Below, one piece after another: positions 37,099-46,059 of a stretch of 64,000 bases of DNA. The DNA lies in the NCBI GenBank assembly GCA_019637815.1, contig JAHBUZ010000006.1, positions 128,522-192,521 on the forward strand. The letters run 5' to 3'. Position 1 is the stretch's first letter, and the number at the start of each line of letters is the position of its first letter. A program made the translations under genes and the position numbers. The notes beneath the pieces are model-generated. The model was not told where the DNA came from and ran no database searches. It saw only the letters and a list, made by a program, of their open reading frames with translations. The stretch comes from Chloroflexota bacterium. GTDB lineage: Bacteria > Chloroflexota > Limnocylindria > Limnocylindrales > CSP1-4.

Positions 37099-37242
37099 CC
37101 TCGGCGGCACACGTCCTGGTCGCGAGCGAAGGGTTCCCCGGGCCGGCGGCGCACGCCCTGACCTCGGCGCCACACGCCCTGGCCTCGGTGGGCGCACTCC
37201 CGGATACACTGACGACTCCGCCGCGGCCCGGGATCGACCCGG

Positions 37243-38019
37243 GTGCGGCTCGTCCGCATGCCCGCGAGGATCCACGTGAAGGTCGTCCTGGGGCTGGGCA
37301 ATCCCGGCTCGCAGTACCAGCACACTCGTCATAACGTCGGCTGGATGGTCCTGGACCGTCTCGCCGAGCGTGCCGGCCTGACCGGTCGCCAGAAGGCCAA
37401 GGATGCTGCCGTGAGCGTGCGCGGTCGCTACCGTGGTCTCGACCTGCAGCTCGTCAAGCCGACGACCTACATGAACCTGTCGGGCGTCGCGGTGCGCAAG
37501 GTCCTCGCCCGGGATCACGTGCCGATGGAGGACCTGCTCATCGTGGTCGATGACTTCGACCTGCCGTTCGGACGGCTCCGGATGCGCGCCGAGGGAAGTG
37601 CGGGGACTCACAACGGCCTGCGCTCGATCGTGGCGGAGATGGGCACCCAGAAGTTCGCGCGGCTGCGCGTGGGCATCGGTGGCCACGGTGGCTCCGCGAT
37701 CGACCACGTGCTCAAGGACTTCACGGCCGAGGAGCGGGGGCAGCTGGACACGCTCCTGGACGCGGCCGCGGATGCGGTCGAGACGTGGGCGCTCGATGGG
37801 CCGACCCGGGCAGCCGACCGATTCAATGCCTGGCGACTGCCGGTGCCCGAGGCTGCCCCGGGCGCGTCGACCGACGGCCCGACGGCAGCGCCTGCCTCGA
37901 CCGACGGCCACGCGACGAGCGAGTCACCCTCACCGTCATCGACGCCTGATGCCGATGGCATCGTGCGCCGCAGGACCGGGTGGCGACGACTCCTGTCGCA
38001 GGGCGACCAGGATCGATGA
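37243..38019 (+). CDS. pth: peptidyl-tRNA hydrolase with a ~60-aa low-complexity C-terminal extension
   Basis: VVLGLGNPGSQYQHTRHNVGW...GTHNGLRS. Alternative start at 37258. The tail is rich in P/S/T/A/D. Confidence 0.9.
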   Translation: MRLVRMPARIHVKVVLGLGNPGSQYQHTRHNVGWMVLDRLAERAGLTGRQKAKDAAVSVRGRYRGLDLQLVKPTTYMNLSGVAVRKVLARDHVPMEDLLIVVDDFDLPFGRLRMRAEGSAGTHNGLRSIVAEMGTQKFARLRVGIGGHGGSAIDHVLKDFTAEERGQLDTLLDAAADAVETWALDGPTRAADRFNAWRLPVPEAAPGASTDGPTAAPASTDGHATSESPSPSSTPDADGIVRRRTGWRRLLSQGDQDR

Positions 38020-38032
38020 GCAGGGCCCACCG

Positions 38033-41000
38033 ATGAGCCAGCCCACGGGTCTGCGGGGTCGTCGTGGCCGTGACCGACGCATCGATGCGCAGGTCGCGGA
38101 GCGCATCGCCGCGCGCGGCACGGGCGCCGGGGCGGAGCGACCGGCTGGTGGTCGACATCGTTTGCCGGACCTCTCGCCGCTCACCCGGCTGCTCGCTGAC
38201 ACCCAGCAGCTGACCGAGCTCACAGCGCGCCTCGCCGGGACGGATGGTCTGGCACGCGCCACGGCCCGCCGACACGTCACGTACGGCGCGATGCCCCACG
38301 GCGCCAAGAGCCATCTCGCGGCCGCGCTCGCCATCGCCGGGGGGCTGCGTCTCGTGTGGGTCGCGCGCGACTCGGAGATCGCCGATCGCGTGGCGGAGGA
38401 GCTCGCCGCATGGCTGGGCGACCCGACGGCCGTGGTCACCCTGGAGCCACGCACCGCGCTCGCCTGGGAGCGCTCGGAGCTGGTCCGCGACGAGAGCGCG
38501 AGTCGTGTCGCGTCCCTCGCCGCGTGGCGCTCGGGCAGGCCGCGTGTCCTGGTCGCGTCCGTGCAGGCGCTGTTCCAGCGCACGCTCGCACCCGACCAGC
38601 TGCCCACAGAGCCGATGACCGTGCGCCCGGGTATCCGGCTCTCGCAGGACCGGCTGCTGCGGACGCTCCATGACCTGGGCTACGAGATGACCGCAGAGGT
38701 CGGTGGTCGGGGCGAGATGGCGCGGCGCGGCGGTCTCGTGGATGTGTTCCCGGCCGGCCACCCGCTGCCGGTGCGCATCGAGTGGTTCGGTGACGAGGTC
38801 GAGTCGATCCGGGCGTTCGACCCGGCGGACCAGCGGGGCGTCGGTCCGGTGGATTCGGTCGTGGTCCTGCCCGCCAGCGAGCTGCTGCTGGACGAGGGGG
38901 TCGGGGAGCGGCTCCGGGCACGCCTGGGACGACTCGCGGCACGACTCCCGGATCGCCTCGCGGCGGATCTCGCGCTGCTGGAGACGGGCAGTCTCGGGGA
39001 TGCTGCGGAGACCTGGGCGGGGTACCTGGCGCCGGCCACGGCCCTCGACCACCTCGGGGACGCGGCGTGGGTCATCGATGAGCCGGCGGACGTGGACGCG
39101 GCGGCCCAGGCGCTGTGGGCACAGGCGGACGAGCGACGTGCGGACCTGGAACGTGCCGGGGACCTGCCGGCCGGCTGGCCCGCGGCGTATCCGGAGCCGC
39201 GTGCCTGGAAGCGCGCACTGACCGAGACGCGCAGCCTGTCGCTCACCTGGGAGCCGGAGGCGGAGGGCGCACCGCCGGGTGGCAATCCCTTCGGCTGGCG
39301 AGAGCCCGTGCTGCCACCCGCACCCATCGGCACCATCGCGGACACCGTGCGGCGCTGGCGGACGGAGGGCGCACGGGTGGTCCTCGCGTCCGACCAGTCC
39401 GCACGCATCGCGGAGCTGCTGAGCGACGCGGACATCCTGGCGGCGCCACGGGCGGATCTCAGCGAGACGCCAGGGCCCGGCGGTCTCGCGCTCATCGAGC
39501 GGAGCCTCAACGGCGGCTTCGAGGGTGGCCCGGACAACGTCATCGTGGTCACCGACCGGGAGCTGTTCGGGACCGTCCGGGTGCGTCGGCCGCGAGCCCT
39601 TCGACGGGTCGTGCCCAAGGACGTCCTGGAGCGGCTGACCCCGGGTGACATGGTGGTCCACGTCGATCACGGCGTGGCGCGGTACGCCGGGCTCGTGCGC
39701 CGGTCCGCGGGTGGGGAGGGGAGCGAGGAACGCGATTTCCTCGAGCTCCACTTCGCGGGCACGGACCGCATCTGGGTGCCCGTGGAGCAGATCGCGCGGG
39801 TCACGCGCTACGCGGGTGGCGAATCACCGGCCCTGTCCAAGCTCGGCGGTGGCGAGTGGCAGCGCGCCCGGACCCGGGTCCGCAAGGCGGTCAAGGACCT
39901 CGCGAAGGACCTCCTGGCGCTGTACGCGGCGCGCGCATCCGCCCAGGGCCACCCGTTCGGTGAGGACACGCCGTGGCAGTCCGAGATGGAGGCCGCGTTC
40001 CCGTACCAGGAGACGCCCGACCAGCTGCGTGCCGTGCTGGAGGTCAAGGCGGACCTGGAGCGCTCGAGCCCGATGGATCGCATCGTCGTGGGCGACGTGG
40101 GCTACGGCAAGACGGAGGTCGCCATCCGGGCGGCGTTCAAGGCCATCCAGGAGGGCATGCAGGCCGCGGTCCTGGTGCCCACGACCGTGCTCGCGGCACA
40201 GCATCTGTCCACGTTCCAGCAGCGGTTCGCGGCGTACCCCATCACGGTCCGGATGCTCAGCCGGTTCGTGCCGGCCGCAGAGCAGAAGGCGACCATCGCC
40301 GGGCTCGCCAACGGCTCGGTGGACCTCGTCGTGGGGACCCACAAGCTCCTCGGCAAGGAGATCCGGTTCCGTGACCTGGGTCTGCTCATCGTGGACGAGG
40401 AGCAGCGCTTCGGCGTCGCCCACAAGGAGCGGCTGAAGCAGCTCCGGACCGAGGTCCACGTGCTGACCCTGTCCGCCACACCCATCCCGCGGACACTCAA
40501 CATGGCGCTCGTCGGGGTGCGCGACATGAGCGTCATCGAGACGCCGCCGGAGGACCGGCTGCCCATCCAGACCCGGGTCGCGGAGGCCTCGGCGGGGCTC
40601 GTGAAGGACGCCCTGCTGCGCGAGCTCGACCGGGGTGGCCAGGCGTTCTATGTCCACAATCGCGTCGAGACCATCGAGGCGCAGGCGGAGCAGCTCCGCC
40701 GACTGCTGCCCCAGGCGCGCATCGTCGTCGGCCATGGCCAGATGCCCGAGGGCCAGCTGGAGCGGGTCATGATCGCGTTCGCGCGCGGGGACCATGACAT
40801 CCTCGTGTGCACCACGATCATCGAATCGGGGCTGGACATCCCGAACGCCAACACGATCATCATCGACCGGGCCGATGCGCTCGGGCTCGCCCAGCTGTAC
40901 CAGCTCCGGGGCCGGGTGGGCCGGTCCAGTCGCCGGGCGTATGCGTATCTGCTGTATCGGCGTCGGGAGCGGTTGAGCGATGTCGCGCGGAAGCGGCTCC

Positions 41001-41707
41001 AGGCGGTGTTCAACGCATCCGAGCTGGGGGCCGGCTTCCAGATCGCGCTCGCGGACCTGGAGATCCGGGGCGCCGGTGAGATCCTCGGTGGTGAGCAGAG
41101 CGGTCACATGTCCGCGGTCGGCTTCGACCTGTACACCCGGATGCTGGCGGAGGCGGTCGAGGAGGAGAAGGCCGAGTACGAGCATCGACCCGCCCGACAC
41201 CAGCGCATCCAGACCGTCATCGACCTGCCCATCGACGCCCATCTGCCGGACGACTACGTGGCCGACGAGCCGGCGAAGCTGGAGCTCTACCGACGCCTGG
41301 GCGGGGTATCCACCGATGCCGAGCTCGCCGCCGTGCGCGCCGAGCTGATCGACCGATTCGGGCCGCTGCCGCCGCCCGTGGAGCGGCTGCTGGAGGTGGC
41401 CCGACTGCGCGCGACCGCCGAGGCGGCGGGGATCGCGTCACTCTCTCGCGAGGATGGCCAGCTGGTGGTGCGCTTCCCGGATGGCTGGTCGCGTTCGCTC
41501 GTGTTGCGGGCGCTGGCGCCATCCGGACCGGGTGACCGCATCCCGGGCGTGCCCATCGGTGGCGTGACCGCCGCGACCAACCAGGTGCGCGTGAAGCTGC
41601 CCCGCGGCACCAGCGAGGCGTGGGTCACCACGCGGGCGGTCGTGGAGCGCATCGCCACGCGGGCCGTGCCGACCGAGGTGGGGCAGGAGAGCGCCAGCGC
41701 CGGGTGA
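38033..41707 (+). CDS. mfd: transcription-repair coupling factor
   Basis: An internal ATG (codon 162 of track ORF 37550..41707). Superfamily-2 helicase motifs GDVGYGKTEVA, DEEQRFG and TATPIPRTL, a CarD-like domain VVHVDHGVARY and a C-terminal TRCF domain. Confidence 0.95.
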   Translation: MSQPTGLRGRRGRDRRIDAQVAERIAARGTGAGAERPAGGRHRLPDLSPLTRLLADTQQLTELTARLAGTDGLARATARRHVTYGAMPHGAKSHLAAALAIAGGLRLVWVARDSEIADRVAEELAAWLGDPTAVVTLEPRTALAWERSELVRDESASRVASLAAWRSGRPRVLVASVQALFQRTLAPDQLPTEPMTVRPGIRLSQDRLLRTLHDLGYEMTAEVGGRGEMARRGGLVDVFPAGHPLPVRIEWFGDEVESIRAFDPADQRGVGPVDSVVVLPASELLLDEGVGERLRARLGRLAARLPDRLAADLALLETGSLGDAAETWAGYLAPATALDHLGDAAWVIDEPADVDAAAQALWAQADERRADLERAGDLPAGWPAAYPEPRAWKRALTETRSLSLTWEPEAEGAPPGGNPFGWREPVLPPAPIGTIADTVRRWRTEGARVVLASDQSARIAELLSDADILAAPRADLSETPGPGGLALIERSLNGGFEGGPDNVIVVTDRELFGTVRVRRPRALRRVVPKDVLERLTPGDMVVHVDHGVARYAGLVRRSAGGEGSEERDFLELHFAGTDRIWVPVEQIARVTRYAGGESPALSKLGGGEWQRARTRVRKAVKDLAKDLLALYAARASAQGHPFGEDTPWQSEMEAAFPYQETPDQLRAVLEVKADLERSSPMDRIVVGDVGYGKTEVAIRAAFKAIQEGMQAAVLVPTTVLAAQHLSTFQQRFAAYPITVRMLSRFVPAAEQKATIAGLANGSVDLVVGTHKLLGKEIRFRDLGLLIVDEEQRFGVAHKERLKQLRTEVHVLTLSATPIPRTLNMALVGVRDMSVIETPPEDRLPIQTRVAEASAGLVKDALLRELDRGGQAFYVHNRVETIEAQAEQLRRLLPQARIVVGHGQMPEGQLERVMIAFARGDHDILVCTTIIESGLDIPNANTIIIDRADALGLAQLYQLRGRVGRSSRRAYAYLLYRRRERLSDVARKRLQAVFNASELGAGFQIALADLEIRGAGEILGGEQSGHMSAVGFDLYTRMLAEAVEEEKAEYEHRPARHQRIQTVIDLPIDAHLPDDYVADEPAKLELYRRLGGVSTDAELAAVRAELIDRFGPLPPPVERLLEVARLRATAEAAGIASLSREDGQLVVRFPDGWSRSLVLRALAPSGPGDRIPGVPIGGVTAATNQVRVKLPRGTSEAWVTTRAVVERIATRAVPTEVGQESASAG

Positions 41708-42053
41708 GGTTCGCCGGCCTGTCGTGCCATTCCGCCGCACTGGTCGTCGCACATCCGCCTGACGAGATCGATGCGCACGGCTCTCCATCCGACTGGCTGT
41801 GGGACTGGCAGCTCGCGGCCGTCACCTGAGCGTGAGTCCCCTCCCGCGAGCGCCCATGGCCCCAACGCCATCCGGATAGCCGACCACCAGTGTGGTGAAC
41901 TGACAGATCGGGTCGGCCCGGCCGACCCGCTGATCACCCTGGGCGAGTACCCAGGTCGCGAAGGAGCCGTAGCCGAGACCGTCCGCGAACCAGGTCAGGT
42001 GCGCCGGTCGATCGGATGCTCGTTCGTGCCGATCCAGCGGCCGCGGTGGCTGG

Positions 42054-42470
42054 TCAGATCGTGCCGGCGAGTGCGTCTGGTCGCACGATCGGGATGCCTG
42101 CGACACGCTCGAGCATCAAGAGGTCCGCGTCGCCGGTCACCAGTGCGTCCGCGGCACCCGTGACCGCGAGCGCAAGGAAGACGCGGACGTGGGGGTCGCG
42201 AACGGCCCGGACATCGGGCCAGGGGTCGGGCAGTCGGACGATCTCGGCGAACGGCAGGTAGTCGGCCAGGAGCTCGTCACGCTCCGCCTGCTCGAGGCGT
42301 AGCTTGGGGTAGGCGAGCACCCGGACCAGCTCGGTCACCGTCTCCGAGCATGCGATCGGCGTGAGGAGACCGTGCTGCCACGCGTGGCGCATCCAGGCGA
42401 GCCGTCCTGATGTGAAGACCAGGGCCGAGACGAGCACGTTCGTGTCGAGGACGACCCGCTGTGCCGTCAT
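42054..42470 (-). CDS. PIN-family toxin (TIGR00305-like putative toxin component)
   Basis: VVLDTNVLVSALVF...TGDADLL. Confidence 0.75.
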   Translation of the reverse strand: MTAQRVVLDTNVLVSALVFTSGRLAWMRHAWQHGLLTPIACSETVTELVRVLAYPKLRLEQAERDELLADYLPFAEIVRLPDPWPDVRAVRDPHVRVFLALAVTGAADALVTGDADLLMLERVAGIPIVRPDALAGTI

Positions 42471-42500
42471 CAGTGCGTGGGCGTCACCGACGCACCGAGG

Positions 42501-42719
42501 TCATCGGCGAGCCCAGGCCACCGCGTCATCGATGTCCGCCTCGGTGATCCCCAGGGCCTCGAGCTTGTCGCGGACCGCGCTCGTGTCACGGACACGCACC
42601 GGCGTGAGGACGATCCGCCCGCGGTCGATGGTCACGTCGAAGTACTCGGTGGCGTCCACGCTCTCGACGGCCGCCTTGGGCAGGGTCACCTGGTTCTTGG
42701 ACGTGAGCTTGGCGAGCAT
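42501..42719 (-). CDS. AbrB/MazE/SpoVT-family antitoxin
   Basis: MLAKLTSKNQVTLPKAAVESV... 72 aa, 30 nt upstream of the PIN gene. Confidence 0.7.
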   Translation of the reverse strand: MLAKLTSKNQVTLPKAAVESVDATEYFDVTIDRGRIVLTPVRVRDTSAVRDKLEALGITEADIDDAVAWARR

Positions 42720-42803
42720 CGGATCGGCTCCCTCGGGGATGTCATGGATATCTTACTTCCTTACTTCGCTCGATGCGGCACCGCCCAGCCTATTCCCGAG
42801 GCC

Positions 42804-44474
42804 TCACCACGGTGCGGCGGATGTCCGGGTCGCCTGGCTGTGGTCCTGCCGTCCGAGGCGTTCCGCCAGCCACACCCAGCGGCGAGCCACGTCGCCGCTG
42901 GTCGCCACGGCATGGGACAGCGCCTCGGACCGGAAGCGTGCCAGGTCGGCCCGCTCGATCGTCGCGTTCGCGTCGAGTGCCTCGGTGATGGCGAGGAACC
43001 GCCCGGCTGCCTCGGCGCCACCCAGTCGCGGCTCGATCTCCTCGGCCGTGAACCGCTCCCAGGTGAGCGATGGATCCCACGTGAAGCGAGCGAAGGCGAG
43101 GTAGCTGAGCTCGCTGGTGACCTCGTAGTCGGACGGCTCGCCCCACACGGTCAGCCCGCGGAAGCCGACCTCGGCGGCCTTCTGCGCCTGGTTCGCGAAG
43201 TCCCGACCATTGAATCGATACCGCTCGGTCCGGTGGTCGCCGTTCCACTGGCAGTCGAACTGGGCCCGGAAGACGTTGTTGGTGGTCGGCAGCGTGCGCG
43301 CGTAGTCCGGGGTCATCTCGGCCCGGACGCGCTCCCAGTAGCTCCGATTGAGGGTGTGCTGATAGATGCCGCCCTCGGGCAGCGAGCGCAGCGGGGCCTG
43401 GGCCTCCGCATCGAGCAGGTTGTCCCACTGGATCTCGGAGTAGATCCAGGCGTCCGGCCGGTGCGCGCGGGCAGCCTCGAACAGGCGCGGATAGAAGTCC
43501 GCCATGTCGGCATGCGACCAGCTCTCGGCGTACCCTTCCCGGCGCTGCGCATCCTCCCGGGCGGCGCGACGTGCCTGGCAGTCACGACAGCCGCAGACCC
43601 CATAGTCGCCGGCCTCGATGTTGATACCACCCACCTCGAACGTCTCCGCCAGCCACGCGATGCCCTCGGCCATCCACTGCTGGTTCTCCGGCCGCGACGG
43701 ACAGCCACGCACGCTGTAGTCGCCGCGCGGGAAGAACAACGGGAAGCCCAGGTCCGGGATCTGGAACCCGGCCGGGCGCTCCATCTCCGCCGCGAGATGG
43801 GGATGCTTCCGGAGCCAGGTCGCGAGGTTGTACTCGTGGTCCATCTCCCAGACCACGCCGCCGTAGGCGTTGATGGCGACCCCGGGCAGGATGCGCACGC
43901 CCCGCTCGGTGGCATAGCGGCACAGCTCCTGCGCCATCTCGATGCCACCGTGTGATTCCCGCAGGAAGCCGTACATCGCGAGCGCTGCGATCCGGTTCCG
44001 GCTCATGAAGTCGATCAGCCGCGTGAAGTCGGCGAGGAAGCCCTCCGGCGGCTTGTGATACGGGTTCATCACCCCGATCTCCTGGGCACCGATCTGGGTC
44101 GGCTCCCAGTTGGTCGTGTGGTCCCAGTTCCAGAAGGTCCGATACGCCAGCGCGGGTGCGTCCTCGATGCGCCCGATGGGCAGCGACCCGTCGGCACCCA
44201 CGCGTCGCCCGACGAGCTCCTCCACGCCATAGATGACCCCGGAGAAGGGACCACCCGCGATCGAGACGTCCGCGGCCGTGGTCTCGATGCGGAACCCACC
44301 TTCAGGCAGGGACGCATCCGTCTCCAGCCGGATGACCGATGTACCGTGCGGGACGGCAGGTCCAGCGGCGATCACGGTACCGGGGAGCGTCTGCTGCAAC
44401 CGGCGGAACGCGTGCGGATGGGCATCGGCACCCTCCACGACCACCGTCCCGTCCAGGTGGATCACATCAGCCAT
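42804..44474 (-). CDS. hypothetical protein, possibly a glycoside hydrolase (N-terminal GH20b/alpha-glucuronidase-N-like domain plus a TIM-barrel-like core)
   Basis: The N-terminal EGGFRIETTAADVSIAGGPFSGVIYGVEEL resembles the small N-domain of GH20/GH67-type enzymes. The remainder was not confidently recognised. Confidence 0.35.
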   Translation of the reverse strand: MADVIHLDGTVVVEGADAHPHAFRRLQQTLPGTVIAAGPAVPHGTSVIRLETDASLPEGGFRIETTAADVSIAGGPFSGVIYGVEELVGRRVGADGSLPIGRIEDAPALAYRTFWNWDHTTNWEPTQIGAQEIGVMNPYHKPPEGFLADFTRLIDFMSRNRIAALAMYGFLRESHGGIEMAQELCRYATERGVRILPGVAINAYGGVVWEMDHEYNLATWLRKHPHLAAEMERPAGFQIPDLGFPLFFPRGDYSVRGCPSRPENQQWMAEGIAWLAETFEVGGINIEAGDYGVCGCRDCQARRAAREDAQRREGYAESWSHADMADFYPRLFEAARAHRPDAWIYSEIQWDNLLDAEAQAPLRSLPEGGIYQHTLNRSYWERVRAEMTPDYARTLPTTNNVFRAQFDCQWNGDHRTERYRFNGRDFANQAQKAAEVGFRGLTVWGEPSDYEVTSELSYLAFARFTWDPSLTWERFTAEEIEPRLGGAEAAGRFLAITEALDANATIERADLARFRSEALSHAVATSGDVARRWVWLAERLGRQDHSQATRTSAAPW

Positions 44475-44669
44475 CGTCCTCCTCCTCGCGCACGACGACC
44501 CCCGGTCCTGCCGGACGAGAGCCGGGGCCGGACGCGGTCGCCACCGCGGTCATCGTACGTCCCGCTCGGTGGTCGTCGGCTCGTGGGGCGGGCACCGATG
44601 GATCCGTGGGCGAACCCCGGTCTATCCTGAAGGACGGGCATCGAGGTCTCGTCAGCAGAGGGAGATTCC

Positions 44670-45734
44670 ATGGCTCGGACGGTCATCCTCGTCGGCACCC
44701 GGAAGGGGGCGTTCCTGGTGGACCCGGACGGTGGCTCGACGGCCATCCAGGGGCCGTTCTGCGAGACGATGCCCATCCAGCATCTGACCCACGACCCGGC
44801 CACGGACACCCTGTACGCGGCATCCGGCAGCCCGTGGTATGGGCCCACGGTGTGGCGCAGCAGCGACCGCGGGGCGACCTGGGCCCAGTCGAGCCTGGGC
44901 ATGGGCTATGGCCCGGACGAACCGCCGGTGACGCGGGTCTGGAACATCACACCGGCCCACGGCGCCCTCTATGCGGGCGTCGAGCCCGCCGGCCTGTTCC
45001 GGAGCGACGATGGTGGCCTCTCATGGACCCATGTCGCGGGGCTCCGGGAGCATCCCTCGCGTCCGGAGTGGCAGCCGGGTGCGGGCGGCCTGATGCTCCA
45101 CACGATCGTGCCCCACGCCACGGATCCGGAGCGGATGTGGGTCGCCATCTCCGCGGTCGGCACGTTCCACACCCGCGATGGCGGGCGGACATGGGTCGCC
45201 CAGAATCGGGGCATCCGGTCCATCGACGGACCGCCCGATGCGCTCCCGGAGACCGGTTACTGCGTCCACAAGCTGGCCTATCACCCCGACCGCCCCGAAG
45301 TGCTGTTCCAGCAGAACCACGTGGGTGTCTACCGCTCGGATGACGGCGGCGATTCCTGGGTCGAGATCGGTGGTCCGCTGCCGTCGACCTTCGGGTTCCC
45401 GATGGTGGTCCACCCGCACGAGCCGTCGACCGCGTACGCGATCCCGCTCAATGGGGATCAGCTGGGACGCTACATGCCGGACGCGCGGATGGCGGTGTGG
45501 CGGACCACCGATGCCGGCAGCAGCTGGCAGCAGCTGACGAGCGGGCTCCCCGAGCACGCGTGGGTGGGGGTGCTGCGCGAGGCCATGGCCGCCGACCGCG
45601 CCGATCCGGCGGGGATCTGGTTCGGCACCAGCACCGGACAGCTCTATGGCAGCCGCGACTCGGGGGACACCTGGTCGCTCGTCGCGGATCTGCTGCCGGG
45701 CATCGAGTCGGTCGAGACGGCCGTCCTCGCCTGA
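44670..45734 (+). CDS. BNR/Asp-box repeat protein (sialidase-fold / Ycf48-like beta-propeller)
   Basis: Six Asp-box motifs S.D.G.(T/S)W: SSDRGATW, SDDGGLSW, TRDGGRTW, SDDGGDSW, TTDAGSSW, SRDSGDTW. No signal peptide. Confidence 0.75.
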   Translation: MARTVILVGTRKGAFLVDPDGGSTAIQGPFCETMPIQHLTHDPATDTLYAASGSPWYGPTVWRSSDRGATWAQSSLGMGYGPDEPPVTRVWNITPAHGALYAGVEPAGLFRSDDGGLSWTHVAGLREHPSRPEWQPGAGGLMLHTIVPHATDPERMWVAISAVGTFHTRDGGRTWVAQNRGIRSIDGPPDALPETGYCVHKLAYHPDRPEVLFQQNHVGVYRSDDGGDSWVEIGGPLPSTFGFPMVVHPHEPSTAYAIPLNGDQLGRYMPDARMAVWRTTDAGSSWQQLTSGLPEHAWVGVLREAMAADRADPAGIWFGTSTGQLYGSRDSGDTWSLVADLLPGIESVETAVLA

Positions 45735-45754
45735 GCGACGCAGATCGTCACGCG

Positions 45755-46018
45755 ATGGCCACGGTGCACGTGCCGCGCTCGCTCGCGGCGCTCATCCCGG
45801 GGATGCCCCGGACCATCGAGGTCGCGGCGGGTGATGTCCGGTCCCTGGTCCTGGCGCTCGACCGGGCCCACCCGGGACTGCTCGACCGGCTCTGCGAGCC
45901 GGGTCCCCGGATCCGGCCCTTCATCAACCTGTTCGTCGATGGCACGCGCGCCGACCTCGACACCCCGGTCGAGCCGTCGTCGGTCATCCACGTGGTGCCT
46001 GCCGTCGCGGGTGGCTGA
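45755..46018 (+). CDS. MoaD/ThiS-family ubiquitin-like beta-grasp protein ending in Gly-Gly
   Basis: 87 aa, an internal ATG of track ORF 45497..46018. ...FINLFVDGTRADLDTPVEPSSVIHVVPAVAGG-stop. Confidence 0.7.
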   Translation: MATVHVPRSLAALIPGMPRTIEVAAGDVRSLVLALDRAHPGLLDRLCEPGPRIRPFINLFVDGTRADLDTPVEPSSVIHVVPAVAGG

Positions 46019-46059
46019 GGCCCGCGCGGGTCGCTGATCCGCGGGGTCCCGGTGGTACG

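Noticed and set aside
35821-37911. A 782-aa minus-strand ORF (35563..37911).
   Set aside because: Only its last 85 codons (the Phd-type antitoxin) look real. The rest is antisense to the Kelch and pth genes and encodes Arg/Gly/Pro-rich sequence with the mirrored Kelch periodicity.
37823-39751. A 642-aa minus-strand ORF antisense to mfd. Similar long shadow ORFs are 26289..28565(-), 28114..29736(-), 10606..12192(-), 59999..61303(-), 13913..15406(+), 6529..8240(+) and 39824..41242(-).
   Set aside because: These are high-GC antisense artefacts. They have no recognisable motifs, R/P/G/A-rich composition, and each overlaps a gene with strong family signatures on the other strand.
41822-42106. A 94-aa minus-strand ORF between mfd and the PIN toxin, with a protein-like stretch (HLTWFADGLGYGSFATWVLAQGD) and a nearby GC hairpin GGGTCGG-CCCGG-CCGACCC.
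   Set aside because: It overlaps the 3' end of the PIN gene, has no start context and no recognisable family. It could be a gene remnant, but the evidence is insufficient.
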